Under the pieces are notes generated by a model, which had not been told where the DNA came from, did no database searches, and saw only the letters and a list, made by a program, of their open reading frames with translations. Positions 26,006 through 39,362 of a DNA stretch of 64,000 nt are shown here, piece by piece (positions within the stretch are counted from its first letter, which is position 1; every line of letters starts with the position of its first letter). The stretch is from Felis catus (taxonomy: Eukaryota), in contig NC_058368.1 of the NCBI RefSeq assembly GCF_018350175.1, forward strand, positions 190,714,001 through 190,778,000, read 5' to 3'. The translations under genes were made by a program, and so were the position numbers.

Positions 26006-28389
26006 CTCACCTTTACTCTGTACTGCTGCCAGTGTGAGGGATTCTGCCCATAGACTAAAACCTCAAAATCTTACTGAGCTCTGAGAAAGTAACATTTTTC
26101 TTATGCCAAACATTAACCCCTCAGTCTCCTCATGGGTACCATGGGGGATGAAGCCAATCCCTCTTGTCCTACTTTAGGTTGTTTCTGAGGGAGTATTTAT
26201 AAAAATGCTTTGAAATTTACAAAGCACCACAGGGATGTGAAGAATTTGAATTGTACTCCAAACACTCATAGTGCAAGCAAAAATAAAAAGGAATCAATCA
26301 ATGTTGGTCACAGACTGTGTCCTTCAAGGTTACAGTCAAGATTAGCTCACTGAATGCAGCCTTTAAAAGGAATTTAAATGTAATGAGAGGTCCCTGGTAA
26401 CATCACATCCATGAGCAGTACTTTGAAGGCCGAGTCTTAGAATGTTGGTGTTAAAGCATATCTGAAAGGTCATTTAGTTAAAATCTTCCCATCTTTTGAT
26501 GCATGACACATCTCTATAATAGTCTTGGTCTGGCGGCCCCCTGCTTATGTTGAGTCTCTCATGAGTATCAAGGGAGATAATTTACCACTGCAGACCATTA
26601 GAAACTGCTTCCTTATGTTGGGATTCCTCACTTTGGGTTCTATTGCCCTCACTCCTTAGACATCCCACATCATTAGAACAGCAAAATTCTCTTTTTGTAA
26701 GAATATCACACATTGTGCAGAGAGAGGAACATTGTGCCTTTACTTGTTCATTTGACTTAGTCACTGCATGACTCAAGATATAGTATTAGTATACGACAGG
26801 AGGCAAAACTCTCCATGCATCCTTCTTTAAGAACTGACTTCTAGCTTGAGAATCAGTCAGTAATGTGCTGAATGTATTGTAATAGCTCCTCAAACATGGA
26901 GAGGGGGATGTGTCCAATTCATTATGGTTGTGTCTCACAAATGGTCCTCAAAGCATAGCTCAGTCATTTGTGGGGGTGGGTAATCAGAGGCCCGAGGCCT
27001 CCTGCTCTCCTATTTAATCCCACATATCAAGCATATTTTCTATAGATATTTGCACTCAGAGGCTGAAGGGTATTTTCTTCATTTCCCAAAGAGATTTCCA
27101 TGAGGACCACAGGGAGAACCATAAACTAACAGACAGATGCATCATGTTAAGAAGGGTGTCAACACTTTCCTTTAATCAGTACACAGTCAATATTCTCCAT
27201 CATGAATAACTAATAAGTTTCTGAACTCCTTCCCTCAGATGTCATTGCAAAAATCTATCTGAGGAATGTCATCTGCACTTAATGAAGGGACAAGCATTAT
27301 AATTAAGTTTGAAGCTATTTCTTAAGCATGAAGCTGCCACGAAGTGTGAAATGACTATAATTCACATTTTTAAGCCCCAGAATTTATTAGCATCGATGTT
27401 CTATTCAAGGTTAGGAGTATGGTGCCTGTACAGTCACAGGATTCAAATGGCTCTGTGCTGTTATTCTGGAGTGAGTATGCCTGAGCTCAGATGTCAGGCA
27501 AGGAAAATAATCATTAATGACTCAGGTTTTATTTTTTGGAAAAAAAAAATCTCAAAGACCTGGAAACTCATTTCTGTTTGTGAATAGGAAGGGACAATGA
27601 CATGCAAAACTGGGCAAAAGGGGACTTCGCATTCCTCTAGGAACGATAATAACCATGGTTGAGAAAATGGAGAGAAACTACAGGCCAGAGGCTTCCAGTT
27701 AAGCATGGCTCTGCTGGAGTGTGACGACTCTACAACCAGGGTGAAAACAGAATCAAAAGTTTTGACACTGCTTGTAAGAGAAAGAAGACTGAATTATTCT
27801 CTTTTGGAAATGACTTCATGTGGACAGAAGAAACAAAAGCATGGGATAATAAGTGCTTAGACAAAATCCAGGAGACTTTGATGGGCTCTCCTTTACAAAC
27901 AAATGTGAAAGGGGCAACTACTCATGTTTGTGCTGGTTGAGAACATACTTTTGGAGAGGATACATTTGTAATGATCCATCTAACCTAAACCCCTTTGTGA
28001 GTGTGGGCAATGGCAAACATGGAAGACATCTCAGCCAGTGAATCCAACAAGGAAGAAATGTAGGGGCTTTTGTGTGTCTGTAACAGGCAGGTCATATGAG
28101 TCAGGGGTGTGCCCCAAAGGGTTTCCTTAGGAAGTGCGATTTAAGCTGAGAGTTGAAACATGATTATGTAGACAGAGAGTACAGAAGAATGTTTCAAGGC
28201 AAGGGAATAACAAAGCTCTAAGGGAAGGCACCAAGGTACAGCAGAGGAAACAAAGAGAAGGTACAAGTGCTGAAGTCACATGGAGTTCTGATTGAGCTCA
28301 ATAAAGGTCTACCTCTGTTCCTTCTGAAATGCCAATGCAATGACTGGAGATAACTGTAAAATGACCCCCCCCCCCAAAAGGCACACACC

Positions 28390-29000
28390 CACAATGAAAA
28401 GAGAAGCAGCGCGGGTAGAAGAAAGGTATTGATCCAGTTTTGGAAGTTGAAAAGCAAACAGAGGTGACGTCACTAGCAGATGACAGAAAACTGAAAACTA
28501 AGAGCCTGTGGGTTTGGGGAAGACCTAGCCAAAAGTAAATTCAGGCTGCATAATCCCTGCAAAGCACAGGCATGGAAACATGCCGGCATCACTGTGACTG
28601 ACAGTCTGGTGGGACTGTTTTCAGGAAGGCTGGTTGAGGTCTCCATGGGAAACTCTCAGACTAGATGTCTCTCCACTGTACATACCCAGGGGACCAGGCC
28701 ACCTTTACCATTATGGTAATGGTAAATTGCCATTTGAAATGGCCATTTGAAAAAGTCCCAATCAAAAAGCCAGTGACCTGAAACATAATTTTAAAAAGTA
28801 AGAACGGGAGAAATTTGAAATGATCACTAATATCATCAAAGAATAAAGAGACGATAATACACCTGCAAAATTAATACAGGGTGCTACAGAAGGGAACAGC
28901 TATAGAGTAAAATATGTTTAGAAACTGAAATGTGAGCTCAGGAATTAAAAGTTCAGTGGGAGGAACAGGCAATGGAGAGGAGGAGAACAGAGGGAGAAAC
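28390..29000 (+). mobile_element. Old HAL1/L1ME-like 5' and ORF1 relic
   Basis: ttttggaagttgaaaagcaaacagaggtgacgtcactagcaga...aaaactgaaaactaag resembles the recalled HAL1-type 5' region, followed by A-rich ORF1-like decay. Confidence 0.45.
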
Positions 29001-29003
29001 AAA

Positions 29004-29278
29004 ATGTGGAATTTGAGAAATTTAACAGAAGACCATAGGGGAAGGGAAGGAAAGATAAGTTACACACAGAGGGAGGCAAACCATAAGAGACTCTTAAATA
29101 CAGAGAACAAGCTGATGGGGGTGGGGTTGGGGGGAGTGGGGAAAATGGGTGGTGGGCATTGAGGAGGACACTTGTTGGGATGAGCAATGGATGTTGTATG
29201 TAAATGATGAATCATGGGAGTCTACTCCCGAAGCCAAGAACACACTGTGTGCTAGCTAACTTGACAACAAATTGTTAA

Positions 29279-29311
<33 letters not shown>
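29004..29311 (+). mobile_element. Carnivore L1 3'UTR fragment with polyA
   Basis: atgtggaatttgagaaatttaacagaagaccatagggg...ccataagagactcttaaa...; similar to the 3'UTR at 24185-24390 in this window; long A tail. Confidence 0.9.
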
Positions 29312-32300
29312 GATTGGAAGGTGTGTAAGGGTGATCAGAGATGAGAAGCCAGGACATCACCCAAGGCCAGATCAACTACTTGAAGGTTACTTGTGAGTAC
29401 TCTGGTTTTGAAATTTTATCTTCAAGTCAGTGGGAGCCACCAAAGGATAGCAAACAAGGGATTGACATTTGACCCAAGTTGGCACATAGTCCCTGGCAGG
29501 AAATCCAGTGAGTTTATAGAATTCTCTCTGAGATCGGATGGTCTTGATCTCATTTATATTATATTCTAACAATCCATGGAAAATTCTGGAGTAAGAAACA
29601 AAATGACATCCATTGGCTGATTTTTTTTTCTTTTTATGATTCACTTCTAGTTCTCAACTTATTTCAGGTAAAAAACTGTTGTCAGCTTGTTCCTTTCAAC
29701 TCCCATTACTCTTTGTTTTGAAAAGGTTATAATTGGAATAAAACAAGCCTGGCTTTGAGCCAAAATCATGAAGGGTGTAATTAAGCAAGATTTTCTGTCT
29801 ATGCACCCAGCAGAGCCATCCTACTGAGGGGGAAAAAAAACGGAGAATCACAAAGCAATTGTGTGTTTTTCAAGAATAATAGAACAATCTACCCCACACA
29901 CTTTACATAATAAATGGCAGCTGCTGACATTTTAATCAAGATAAAAACAATAATAAAGTCACAATGCTCCTTTTGAGGCAGAAGGTAGTCCCAACTCAGG
30001 AATTTTGTCAAACCTACACTCATGCCCATTCTGTTCTAAAAGGCTGAGAGGTTAGCACTTAATTTGGGATCTCATACCTGCCTTGACAACATGGACGAAA
30101 GTGCCATTTCAAACCGCAACCCCCCCCCCATCATGAGTTAATCTTCTGAGTAATTTTTTCACATTTTGAACTCTTACATTAAAAATTAATTTAAAAGATA
30201 TAATTTTAATTCTTAAGTAAAAGCCACTTGTCCTGGATAATGATAATCATGTGTCACATTGCCTTTCTTGGATTCAGATGAAAATGGGCCAGCCATTAAG
30301 GGACAACCACATAGGTACTAAGGTGCCTCATTTCACATGGTTGATGGCTTTAGCTGTCAGAGATAGTCGAGTAATCATTTTGAGAGACGCATGTAAATGT
30401 TTTAGTTATTAAGGCATTTCCTCCAGTATTTTGTTGGTTTAAGAGATTATAAATCTAGGAGCATTTTGGGGAGTATGAGTGTCAATCAATGCCAGTTCAA
30501 GACTTACAGAGAAACTAAATCACTAATAGCAGGTGCCTGGTGATGGATTCTGAAAGCATTTTTTTTTTTCCTTTTGATCACACCCGGTGTTCCCTACAAG
30601 ACACACAGGGGAAGACTCATGGCTTCTGAAGCCTGATGGTCAGCTCAGATATTGTGACTGACACAATACCTTGTATTGCAGGCTACCCAATTTACAAATT
30701 GTGTTCATCAGTGATAGCAAATGGCATTTCTTTGTTGTTCTTACTTGACTTAATTGTTCTCTCAAATTTATGCTTATGGATTGTTAGAAAAAAATTACAC
30801 TTCTTGTGGCATCTTCTCTGTGATTAAAAAGTATTGTTTCCCATTAGGATAAATAATTAATCTTTCAATTTTCTTCTCCCACTTTATATCATAATGGATA
30901 TGGGGAGGATGGGGCTTATGTGACCTTGTGGTAACAGGAACAAAGACAGTTCAGATTCCATAAGATGTTGTCCTGATTGACATCAGCCTAGCAGCCCACA
31001 CTTAAGTCCTCACAGGGTGAATTCTGGTTACTGCTCACTGGGCTCATTTAATGCTCGCTGAGTGAAGTCTGAATGGTGTTTGCAGCCCTGAGGCCTGGGT
31101 AGGTTTTCCACTGTACCACCAAATCGGACTGTCTGCTTTGGAGCCCACAGACCCACTGCAGGGAAGCTGCCCAGGAGCCCACTAGTCTGCCCCATCAGTC
31201 ACCAATCTGCCGGGCTCAACAGGATACCACGTGGATTCCTTCCTGCCCTGGCATTCCCAACCCCCAGGAGCTGAAGGAGATTTGAGAGTGCTGACCCAAG
31301 TCCCCTCTTCCTCTCTAGCCACATGACAATCCAGAGGGTTGTGAGACCAACCAGCTTTATAAGCTGGTTTCCTCCTAGAGTCCCAAATGAAAATGCACAA
31401 TGACCGTCTGCTTCTGACTTTCCTTGAAATCTAATTGGTTTCCCCTTTCCATGAATCAGAGAACAAAGGTCAACAGGCTGTAGTATATTTTACCACTTGC
31501 TTTCCCTACATTTCCTATCTTCTTACTACACTTCACCAGAGATCAGAAAAGATGGATTTTCCATTTCCTCTTCCTGAGTGGGAATTCCTCTATGCCATAG
31601 ACTCTGTTTCCCCCATGATGTTATCTTCCATTTATCCTTCCTTGGCCTCCAATGGTAGAATTATACTGTACAGAGGAGATGTCGGCAGATCACAAAGGTT
31701 TGGTAGCTTTAAAATATAATCTCTATCATATTTGTAAAACAAAAAAGCCTTAGATAAACATGGCAAAGGGAAAGATGGAAATACCTCAAATATGGCAGGA
31801 TCCCTTTACCTTTACCCCTTTGTTTCTCCCATATACTTAGAGAACCATGGTGAAAAGGGCACCTAGAGAAAAGGTTGGGGATAAGGGAACAAAATAAATA
31901 GGTAGATAAATCCAAACTCTGTTTTGGTATTAATGAAAAAAGGGGGGGGGGAAATGATAGGATTCTGGAATGCAGGAAGAAGGGAAGGAGGGAGAAAAGG
32001 GACATATATGGTCTTGAAAGATGGACAAGATGTATTACTTTGGGTTTTCAAACAGGTTTGCAACCTTAAAGTGGACTTCTTTAAGCTCTTGCCTGTGGCT
32101 TTCAGATGTTCATTTTTTCTGGGTGGGCACTGTAGGTTGGTGAAAAATTGTGATACAGTCCCTAGCATCTTAGGCAAAATGAGAAAATAGAGCCTCCGCA
32201 ATTATATGCTAATATTATTACATGCATGCAGTTTATAGGGCTTTCATTCTAAGGCTATGTCTTAGTCAACAGTAGATGTAGATACACAAAAGCTTTTTGG

Positions 32301-33010
32301 TTTTGTCCTTTATTGAAAAATAATTATTAGTCACCCAGGTTTCATAGAAACTTTTTACTGGTTGATGAAATTTAAAACTTTAGGGACTCGTGTCTGAGGG
32401 CTGGAGCCCCATGAAAATGAGCTGCTTGTTCCTCCCAGTAGCTAACATTTGTTGAATTAATGTTCACTGAGCTTTTCCCATGTTCTAGGCACTGGGTGAG
32501 GATAGCTTAGGAGACTTGTCCAGGTTCACAAAGAAGATAGGATTTGGGGCCAAACTCAAACACAATGCAGAATACCTTCAAAGCATGACTCTTGACAAAC
32601 ATGAACACTGTGTCATGATCCTTCTGTTTTGTAAGGCTTGTGAGTATCTATGACATTATCTGGCCATTGTACATTTTCATTTCTCCTTTGAATCACTTCA
32701 GTATTCATGATCTGTGATCAGACAATTGTGAATTTCATATGTGCAAAATAAAACTGAAAAACCTAGTCTAAGTACATGGAATTGGAAGTTAGAGGAGAGG
32801 GAAGATCAACAAAATTATAGAACATGTCTGCAAAATGTTTAAAAATGAGAACATATTCCCCCATATACCATGCACCCATAGCTATAAGAAGCATAATATA
32901 TAGCCTCTCCCTCCTCTCTCTACCTTCATATATATAAAATACATATGTATGTGTATATGTATATATGCATATATGTAAAAATGTCTCATGTGTATAAAAT
33001 GATATATATC

Positions 33011-33016
<6 letters not shown>

Positions 33017-33056
<40 letters not shown>
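33017..33056. repeat. (TA)n microsatellite, about 20 units, within an AT low-complexity tract
   Basis: Direct reading. Confidence 0.95.
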
Positions 33057-33059
<3 letters not shown>

Positions 33060-33814
33060 CACATATAATTAAAAATGTGACCACCCATCCAGTATTTTTG
33101 CTGTTTTGACTTTTGAGGTGGACATGGAAAGGGAGAAGTATTACTAAGTCTCTAATTAATAGAACTCTGATGCTTTAACAGACTGTTCCGGTGGCTTACA
33201 GTTATAAACCGCTGCCAGTCAAATAAACATTTAGTTGGCTACAGCCGTTTTAAAATAAAATTAAAGAAATAAATTCATTTTTTGTCAATTTGGAAGTGTC
33301 TAATTCTTGTTTTCCTATGATATACACAGACTTTAAATCTCAAACGTTCCCAAAGGAGTTTAGATTAGTATCTATCCATTAAAAAAAGATCCCACAGAAT
33401 ACTCAAGTGCATATTGGGAGTAACAGATGCATCTTTCTGCTTTATTATTAAAACTCTGGTAATGTTGTGGGGAAAAAAAACACAGTAGCAAAGAAATGCC
33501 TTGTTTATTTGAAGAGGCAGAATGGGTTTGATAGTAATGACTCTTACAGTTCTGAATTATGTACTAAACTCTGAAACTTGTAACAATCCTTAAAGTCCTC
33601 TGTGATCATATTTGAGATTGCCTTCACAATTTATTAAAGAACACAATGGTCATAAGGAAATTATAGCACCTCATTTTTAGAAATGACACGGTAATATTCT
33701 TGGGAGCTACAGAAATACATTGGCCTATTTGCCTTTACATTAAGTGGACCTAGAGAACCATGCTTTTTAAATTCTGAGGCCCACTTACTGGCTTTTTCTT
33801 TCATCTTGCGACTA

Positions 33815-34060
33815 AAATATCCCATACCTAACCCTCTCAGGTAGAATTCTCTGTGTCATTCTCTGTGTGTCCTCTGACTTTGTTCATATATCTAGTCCAT
33901 CGCTTATCATACTACCTTATATTTGGGTTGCATGTCTATCTTATTCTCCTTAACTATAAATTATTTGAGTACTCATTTATCTCTTTATTCCAAATATTTA
34001 GCACATGCCTTGACTCCTAGTAAGTGTCAAAAAAAAAAAAAATGGCCAAGAGTGACTGAC
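33815..34060 (+). mobile_element. L2 3' fragment
   Basis: tatttgggttgcatgtctatct...actataaattatttgag...tttagcacatgccttgactcctagtaagtgtcaa. Confidence 0.6.
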
Positions 34061-35278
34061 CTATGATGAAATGGAAATCAGGTCACCACCCTTATCATAA
34101 CTGTATGTAGAATAAGAGCACATCCGCACATTAGTTGATGAAAAATTCTTTTGTAAAGATCTTTTGGTTTCTTGCTGTTTTTTGGTCCCTTCCAAGCTTT
34201 TAGTGATATCCAGAGGAACAGAATTGGCTATATGTGTTAAGTGGTCTAGGTAACCTTCTCCTATGTTTTACATTTGCCCTGGCATATGTCTGGGAAATAA
34301 GATCTCACAGTCTATTTCCTGTTCCTGTAGGATCAGAATCTTACAGAGAGCTTCATAGTTGAAAAGAATCCTTAGAGCAAGGTAGGCATTCACAGGTAGC
34401 TTCTGTTCTTACAGAAAATACATATGCAAAACTAAATGGCCTATTTCCTGTCTCAGATCATGCACAGCCTGAGATCAGGGAACTTTCCAATTGTCTTTAT
34501 ATACAGACACCAGGAAAAAAAATAATGAACAAGTGAACATTTAATATAGTCAGATTATGAATTTCAGATCGTGAATTTATTAAAATCCAGTTTCTGTTCC
34601 AAGTTAGTTTTTCTTATTTCAAGAGATAGGCATAGTGACTGGTAGATTTTTTTCAGTAGAGTCTTGAATCTAGAGCAACATGTCATTATTTCAGAATTGT
34701 CCTTCAGGGGCAAAGTCAACAAACCACCCAACTTGGATATTGGGCTCAGACCTTGCTAACCCTCATTATTTGTCTGGAGAGAAGCAACCCTCTTTTGTGA
34801 TTTTTCAACTCAACTCTGGATTATTTACAAACATCTTAGGTGAACACTGTGAATACAGTAACGATAGTAATTCTGAAAAAGAAAGCAGTCAACCGAAACT
34901 CTAGCAGAGGAAGCTACTACTTTTTGAGCTGAGGATTGAGATCTTCTAGGAAGATGTGCTGGAGGCCTAACATCTGCCTCTCATTAACAAGCAAACAAAC
35001 AACAATAAAAGAACAAACAAAAAAACCCTTCAAAATCCAAACTGATGTTGGAGGAAACAAGTTATCCCAACAGACAAGGTCTCTAAAATAGATGCTATTT
35101 TCCCACGTTTGATATTTGGGGTAAGTGAAGGACATGGATGGATATTTAAGTTTTGCTTGTTCAGTTCAGAAGATGGTGTATGGAAAAATAACCTGTAGTC
35201 TTTTTAACTCAGTTCCCACTGACAAGTAAGGCAAAGAAAATCTGGGTATAGAACATTATTTAAAAAAAAAACAACTCT

Positions 35279-36062
35279 CTACTCATCATCAGGGAAATAC
35301 AAATCAAAACCACAATGAGATACTACCTTACACCTGTCAGAATGACTAACATTAACAACTCAGGCAACAACAGATGTTGGTGAGGATGCGGAGAAAGAGG
35401 ATCTCTTTTGCACTGTTGGTGGGAATGCAAGCTGGTGCAGCCACTCTGCAAAACAGTATGGAGGTTCCTCAAGAAACTAAAAATAGAACTACCCTATGAC
35501 ACAGCAATTGCACTACTAGGTATTTATCCAAAGGATACAGGTGTGCTGTTTTGAAGGGACACATGCACCCCCATGTTTATAGCAGCACTCTCAACAATAA
35601 CCAAAGTATGGAAAGAGCCCAAATGTCCATCGATGGATGAATGGATAAAGAAGATGTGGTATATATACATACAATGGAGTATTACTCAGCAATCAAAAAG
35701 AATGAAATCTTGCCATTTGCAACTACGTGGATGGAACTGGAGGGTATGATGCTAAGTGAAATTAGAGAGACAAATATCATGACTTCACTCATATGAGGAC
35801 TTTAAGATGCAAAACAGATGAACATAAGGGAAGGGAAGCAAAAATAATATAAAAATAAGGGGGGAGGGACAAAACAGAAGACACTCATAAATATGGAGAA
35901 CAAACTGAGCATTATGGGAGGAGTTGTGAGAGGGGGGATGGGCTAAATGGGTAAGGGGCACTAAGGAATCTACTCCTGAAATCATTGTTGTACTATATGC
36001 TAACTCATTTAGATGTAAATTTTAAAAAATAAAAAATAAAACAAGTTAAAATAAAAAAAATT
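35279..36062 (+). mobile_element. 5'-truncated carnivore/felid L1 (ORF2 C-terminus and 3'UTR)
   Basis: ctcatcatcagggaaatacaaatcaaaaccac... is homologous to 23665 onward but has a different 3'UTR (another subfamily); TSD aaaaaaaacaactct at 35264-35278 and 36063-36077. Confidence 0.95.
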
Positions 36063-36239
36063 AAAAAAAACAACTCTTATTAAAAACATTCTAACAACTG
36101 CAGTGGGAGTTTTAAAGATGCATTAATTCACATATCAACAAATAGTTTTTCTGTTAAACTCTTCTTTACATATTTTTTGGATCTGTAATGCATTCAGGTG
36201 ATTGCACGATTTTAAGCAAATCTTACATAAAATAAGATA

Positions 36240-36481
36240 TTTTATGGGGCTACAATGTTAATTTTTTAGTTTTGATAAATATACTGTGGATATGTAAGAT
36301 GTTAACATCAGAAATACCAGGTAAAGGGTATAGAGGGATAATCTGCAGGAATATTGCAACTCTTCTTTTCTTTTTTTTTTTTTGCAAAAGTTTATTTACT
36401 TGTTTATTTATTTATTTAGGCAGAGAGAGAGTGAGAGAGTGAGAGAGAAAGAGAGAGAGAAGGAGAGAGAGAGAGAAAGAA

Positions 36482-36543
<62 letters not shown>

Positions 36544-36690
36544 TCTGACTTGGGACTCCATCTACAAACCACAAGATCATGACCTGAGCCAAAATCAAGA
36601 GTCCAATGCTTAACCACTGAGCCACTGAGGTCCCCTGCAACTATTCTGTTAATCTAAAATTACTTTATAATAAAAAGTAAAATAATATAA
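36240..36690 (+). mobile_element. Old L1MC-type 3' end, interrupted by a SINE
   Basis: tagttttgataaatatactgtggatatgtaagatgttaacat...ttgcaactcttct | gttaatctaaaattactttataataaaaag. Confidence 0.7.
36367..36635 (-). mobile_element. Felid CAN-SINE with expanded (GA)n tract (36421-36536) and internal deletion
   Basis: ...gatcatgacctgagccaaaatcaagagtccaatgcttaaccactgagccac; TSD tgcaact(c/a)ttct at 36355-36366 and 36636-36647. Confidence 0.92.
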
Positions 36691-37681
36691 GGGGATTAGC
36701 TGTTTGGAGCCTGAAGAGACCTGGCTTTTTATAGATATCAGGGCTCCAGGATTAGCTCAAGGCTATATAGTGTGTTTGCTGTAGGTATCTGACCCCCAGC
36801 TCGATATTATTCCCCTCAGTTGTGTTGCTCCTGAGGAGTGGACCAATTCTGCTTCACCTGAACAGCTCACTCAGTGCTGTCTGCTGGCACAAATCCAGGG
36901 ATCTTCCTTAGGTTATTCTACTTTCCTAAGATGAGAAGACATCCCAGCACAAATGCACTGGATCAGTAAAACTGATCCAACTGTAAAGCCAGAGGCCAGA
37001 AGACTTCGTCACCAAGTTCATTACCTATTTACTCAATATCCAAGGTCAATACCGTTCAATAGCACAGAGTAAAGTGTGGTACCATTAGATGACAAAGGTG
37101 AAACATCCACAGAAGCACTGGTCTGGGCTAATATATCAGCTACATTTCATTATCTTTCAATTGGTCAGAGATTCTCCTACAAAGTGCCATTAAAATAAAA
37201 GAAAATCATAAGGATGAAGGAGCTAATTATCACATTCTAGGCCCTGACTCCATTCAGGCTATCAACCATCAACACAATTTGAATAGGGGCGAACATTCTA
37301 CACTCCAGTTGTAGAATGACGTATGAAAGTCTTTTTATGTGTCCTGCAAGAAAATTTTATTTCTTGTTTCTGTAGGATATGCTTACAACTTTAAAATAAA
37401 CAATGGAAAGGTAGCAATGAGCAGAAGTCCTTATTTTGTTGCACTTTGACTCAGGAGATTCACTTGTAAATTTTGGAGATTTAATTTTTTTAAGGCAAAG
37501 TCCCAGGGTTTTCCATTGGTGTCAACAGAGGACCACAGTCTACAACCTTATATGAGCAATTACTGTGCTCTAAAGTTTTCAGAGTATGGATCTCTAAAGT
37601 GGGCTGATGCTTGGATAATTTTTCTTTTTATTTGATGTGGGCTGGGTTTGTTTTTAACCACGTAAGATTTATTTTTCTATT

Positions 37682-37893
37682 AAAAAATTATTTTTTTATT
37701 TAGTTTTGAGACACAGAGAGAGACAGAGTATGAGTGGGAAGGGGCAGAGAGAGAGGGAGACACAGAATCTGAAGCAGGCTCCAGTCTCTGAGCCGCCAGC
37801 ACAGAGCCCAACGCGGGGTTCGAACTGAGGAGCTGTGGGATCATGACCTGAGCTGAAGTCGGATGCTTAACTGACTGAGCCACTCAGGCACCC
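37682..37893 (-). mobile_element. Felid CAN-SINE, full length
   Basis: Reverse-complement SINEC_Fc body; TSD ttatttttctatt at 37669-37681 and 37894-37906. Confidence 0.95.
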
Positions 37894-38790
37894 TTATTTT
37901 TCTATTTAAAGCAAAGTTAGCCTAAATTTTTGACTCTCATATTTTCCATGCCTTCCAGGTAATGGAGCACTTGTTCCATGGGGGAGGGGAGGAATTACTG
38001 GGTCATATTTAGAGGTCAACTTCTTCTAGACAGCACCTTTCTTTGGACTGATCAGCACTAATTACTGACCAGTTGTGTTAAAAAATAACCCTGTTCCTCA
38101 AGAGGTCTGTGAAAAGAAAGGGAAACAGGTCACACATTAGCTTGTCTCAAAAAAGAGCTCTTATATCACAGACACGAGGATTCGCTGCACTCTCAGAGAA
38201 TGAGCTTGCTCTCAGAGTCCTGAAATACAGGTTTCCTTGGGTGGATTTGCTGAAAAGATTCCAGCTTTAGTACCTAAGATGAAACAAAGGATCTAGCTGA
38301 TGGTCAGGTAACTTCTGGCAGGAAGAAGCCCTGAGATGGAAGCAACTATTCAAGGAAAAAATAAAACCTTGCAATGTAGCATATAATGTTAAAAATACAG
38401 CCCATGGTATATGGGATTTGGAGAAGAAAATGTTCTCTTTCTTCACCAACTATCCTCTTCCTTTGGCCCAATTTATTTCCCTATAGTCATAAAGCCTTAC
38501 AAGCTTTGTAAGAATGCTAGGCATTTTGTAATGAGATATATTCTCCACTTACTGAGAATGTGTTTCTGTTCAGGGAAATCCAAACGCCAACATGGCTGTT
38601 GCCGTTTTAGCAAGACATAGATCTCGGGGCTGCATCTTGAAAAAGTAGATATGGCTTGTGTGATACAAATGCATTTACTTATGTTTGATGTCTACTATTA
38701 AATATTCAATATTATTTATGATGATTTATGCTAGAAGAACTACAAGAAATGAAGAAATCCAGCATTCCCTGAATTCTTCATGGCTGTAAA

Positions 38791-39362
38791 TGAGGTAGGG
38801 AAACAGAAGAGACTCCATTTTAGAAAGGCTCCATCTCTGCTGTTTTTCTACTAGACCCCATTTCCGAATAAGCCAAAGGAGCTATGTTCCCACTTCCAAG
38901 GGGAAGCAAGAAAGTTAATCTGAATTTTGTTCTAGGTCCCAAACATCTGATAACATCTAAGAAGAGCCAAAACCCAAACATGTTCCAGGACATTATCTTC
39001 CAACAAACCACGGCCTACACTGGCATCAACACCCCCTACCTTCAGTGGTTTATGGAATAACAGCTATTGGTCACCCAACACTTGCAGTTGATCAGACCCT
39101 ACCCTGGATTCCTGGAGAAACACATACCTCAGACCCCTTTCCCGTATAAAACCCTAATCCCAAGCGATGCTGAAACTCATTCTCCTTTCCTTTCTGAGTC
39201 TCCCAGACACTCCATCTGCTATTTTCTGTCTGTCACTCATGCTATTCAATAAATTCTGCTTTCACTTTCTCCAGATTATATTTGATTTCTTCCTGCATGA
39301 AGCCCAGGACCCTCTTACTGGTCCTGCGGGAGGCCCCTCTGGGTCCCAGCCTGCCTATATCA
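38791..39362 (+). mobile_element. ERV1-type solo LTR (probably carnivore-lineage)
   Basis: TG...CA termini, 572 bp; 4-bp TSD taaa/taag; TATAAAA at 39145-39151; AATAAA at 39248-39253; no adjacent primer-binding site or internal region. Confidence 0.8.

Noticed and set aside
28985..29320. Apparent lack of a TSD at the 29.0 kb L1 fragment (insertion-mediated deletion?)
   Set aside because: A-rich flanks (agaaacaaaa versus agaaagaaaa) could be a degenerate TSD; undecidable by eye.
34331..34381. Plus-strand AG...GT 51-nt exon-like segment
   Set aside because: Stop codons in all three frames, and the sequence resembles a MIR relic.
37376..37410. Plus-strand 35-nt exon-like segment (YAYNFKINNGK)
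   Set aside because: Good acceptor but weak donor (gtagca), unrecognised peptide, no partner exons.
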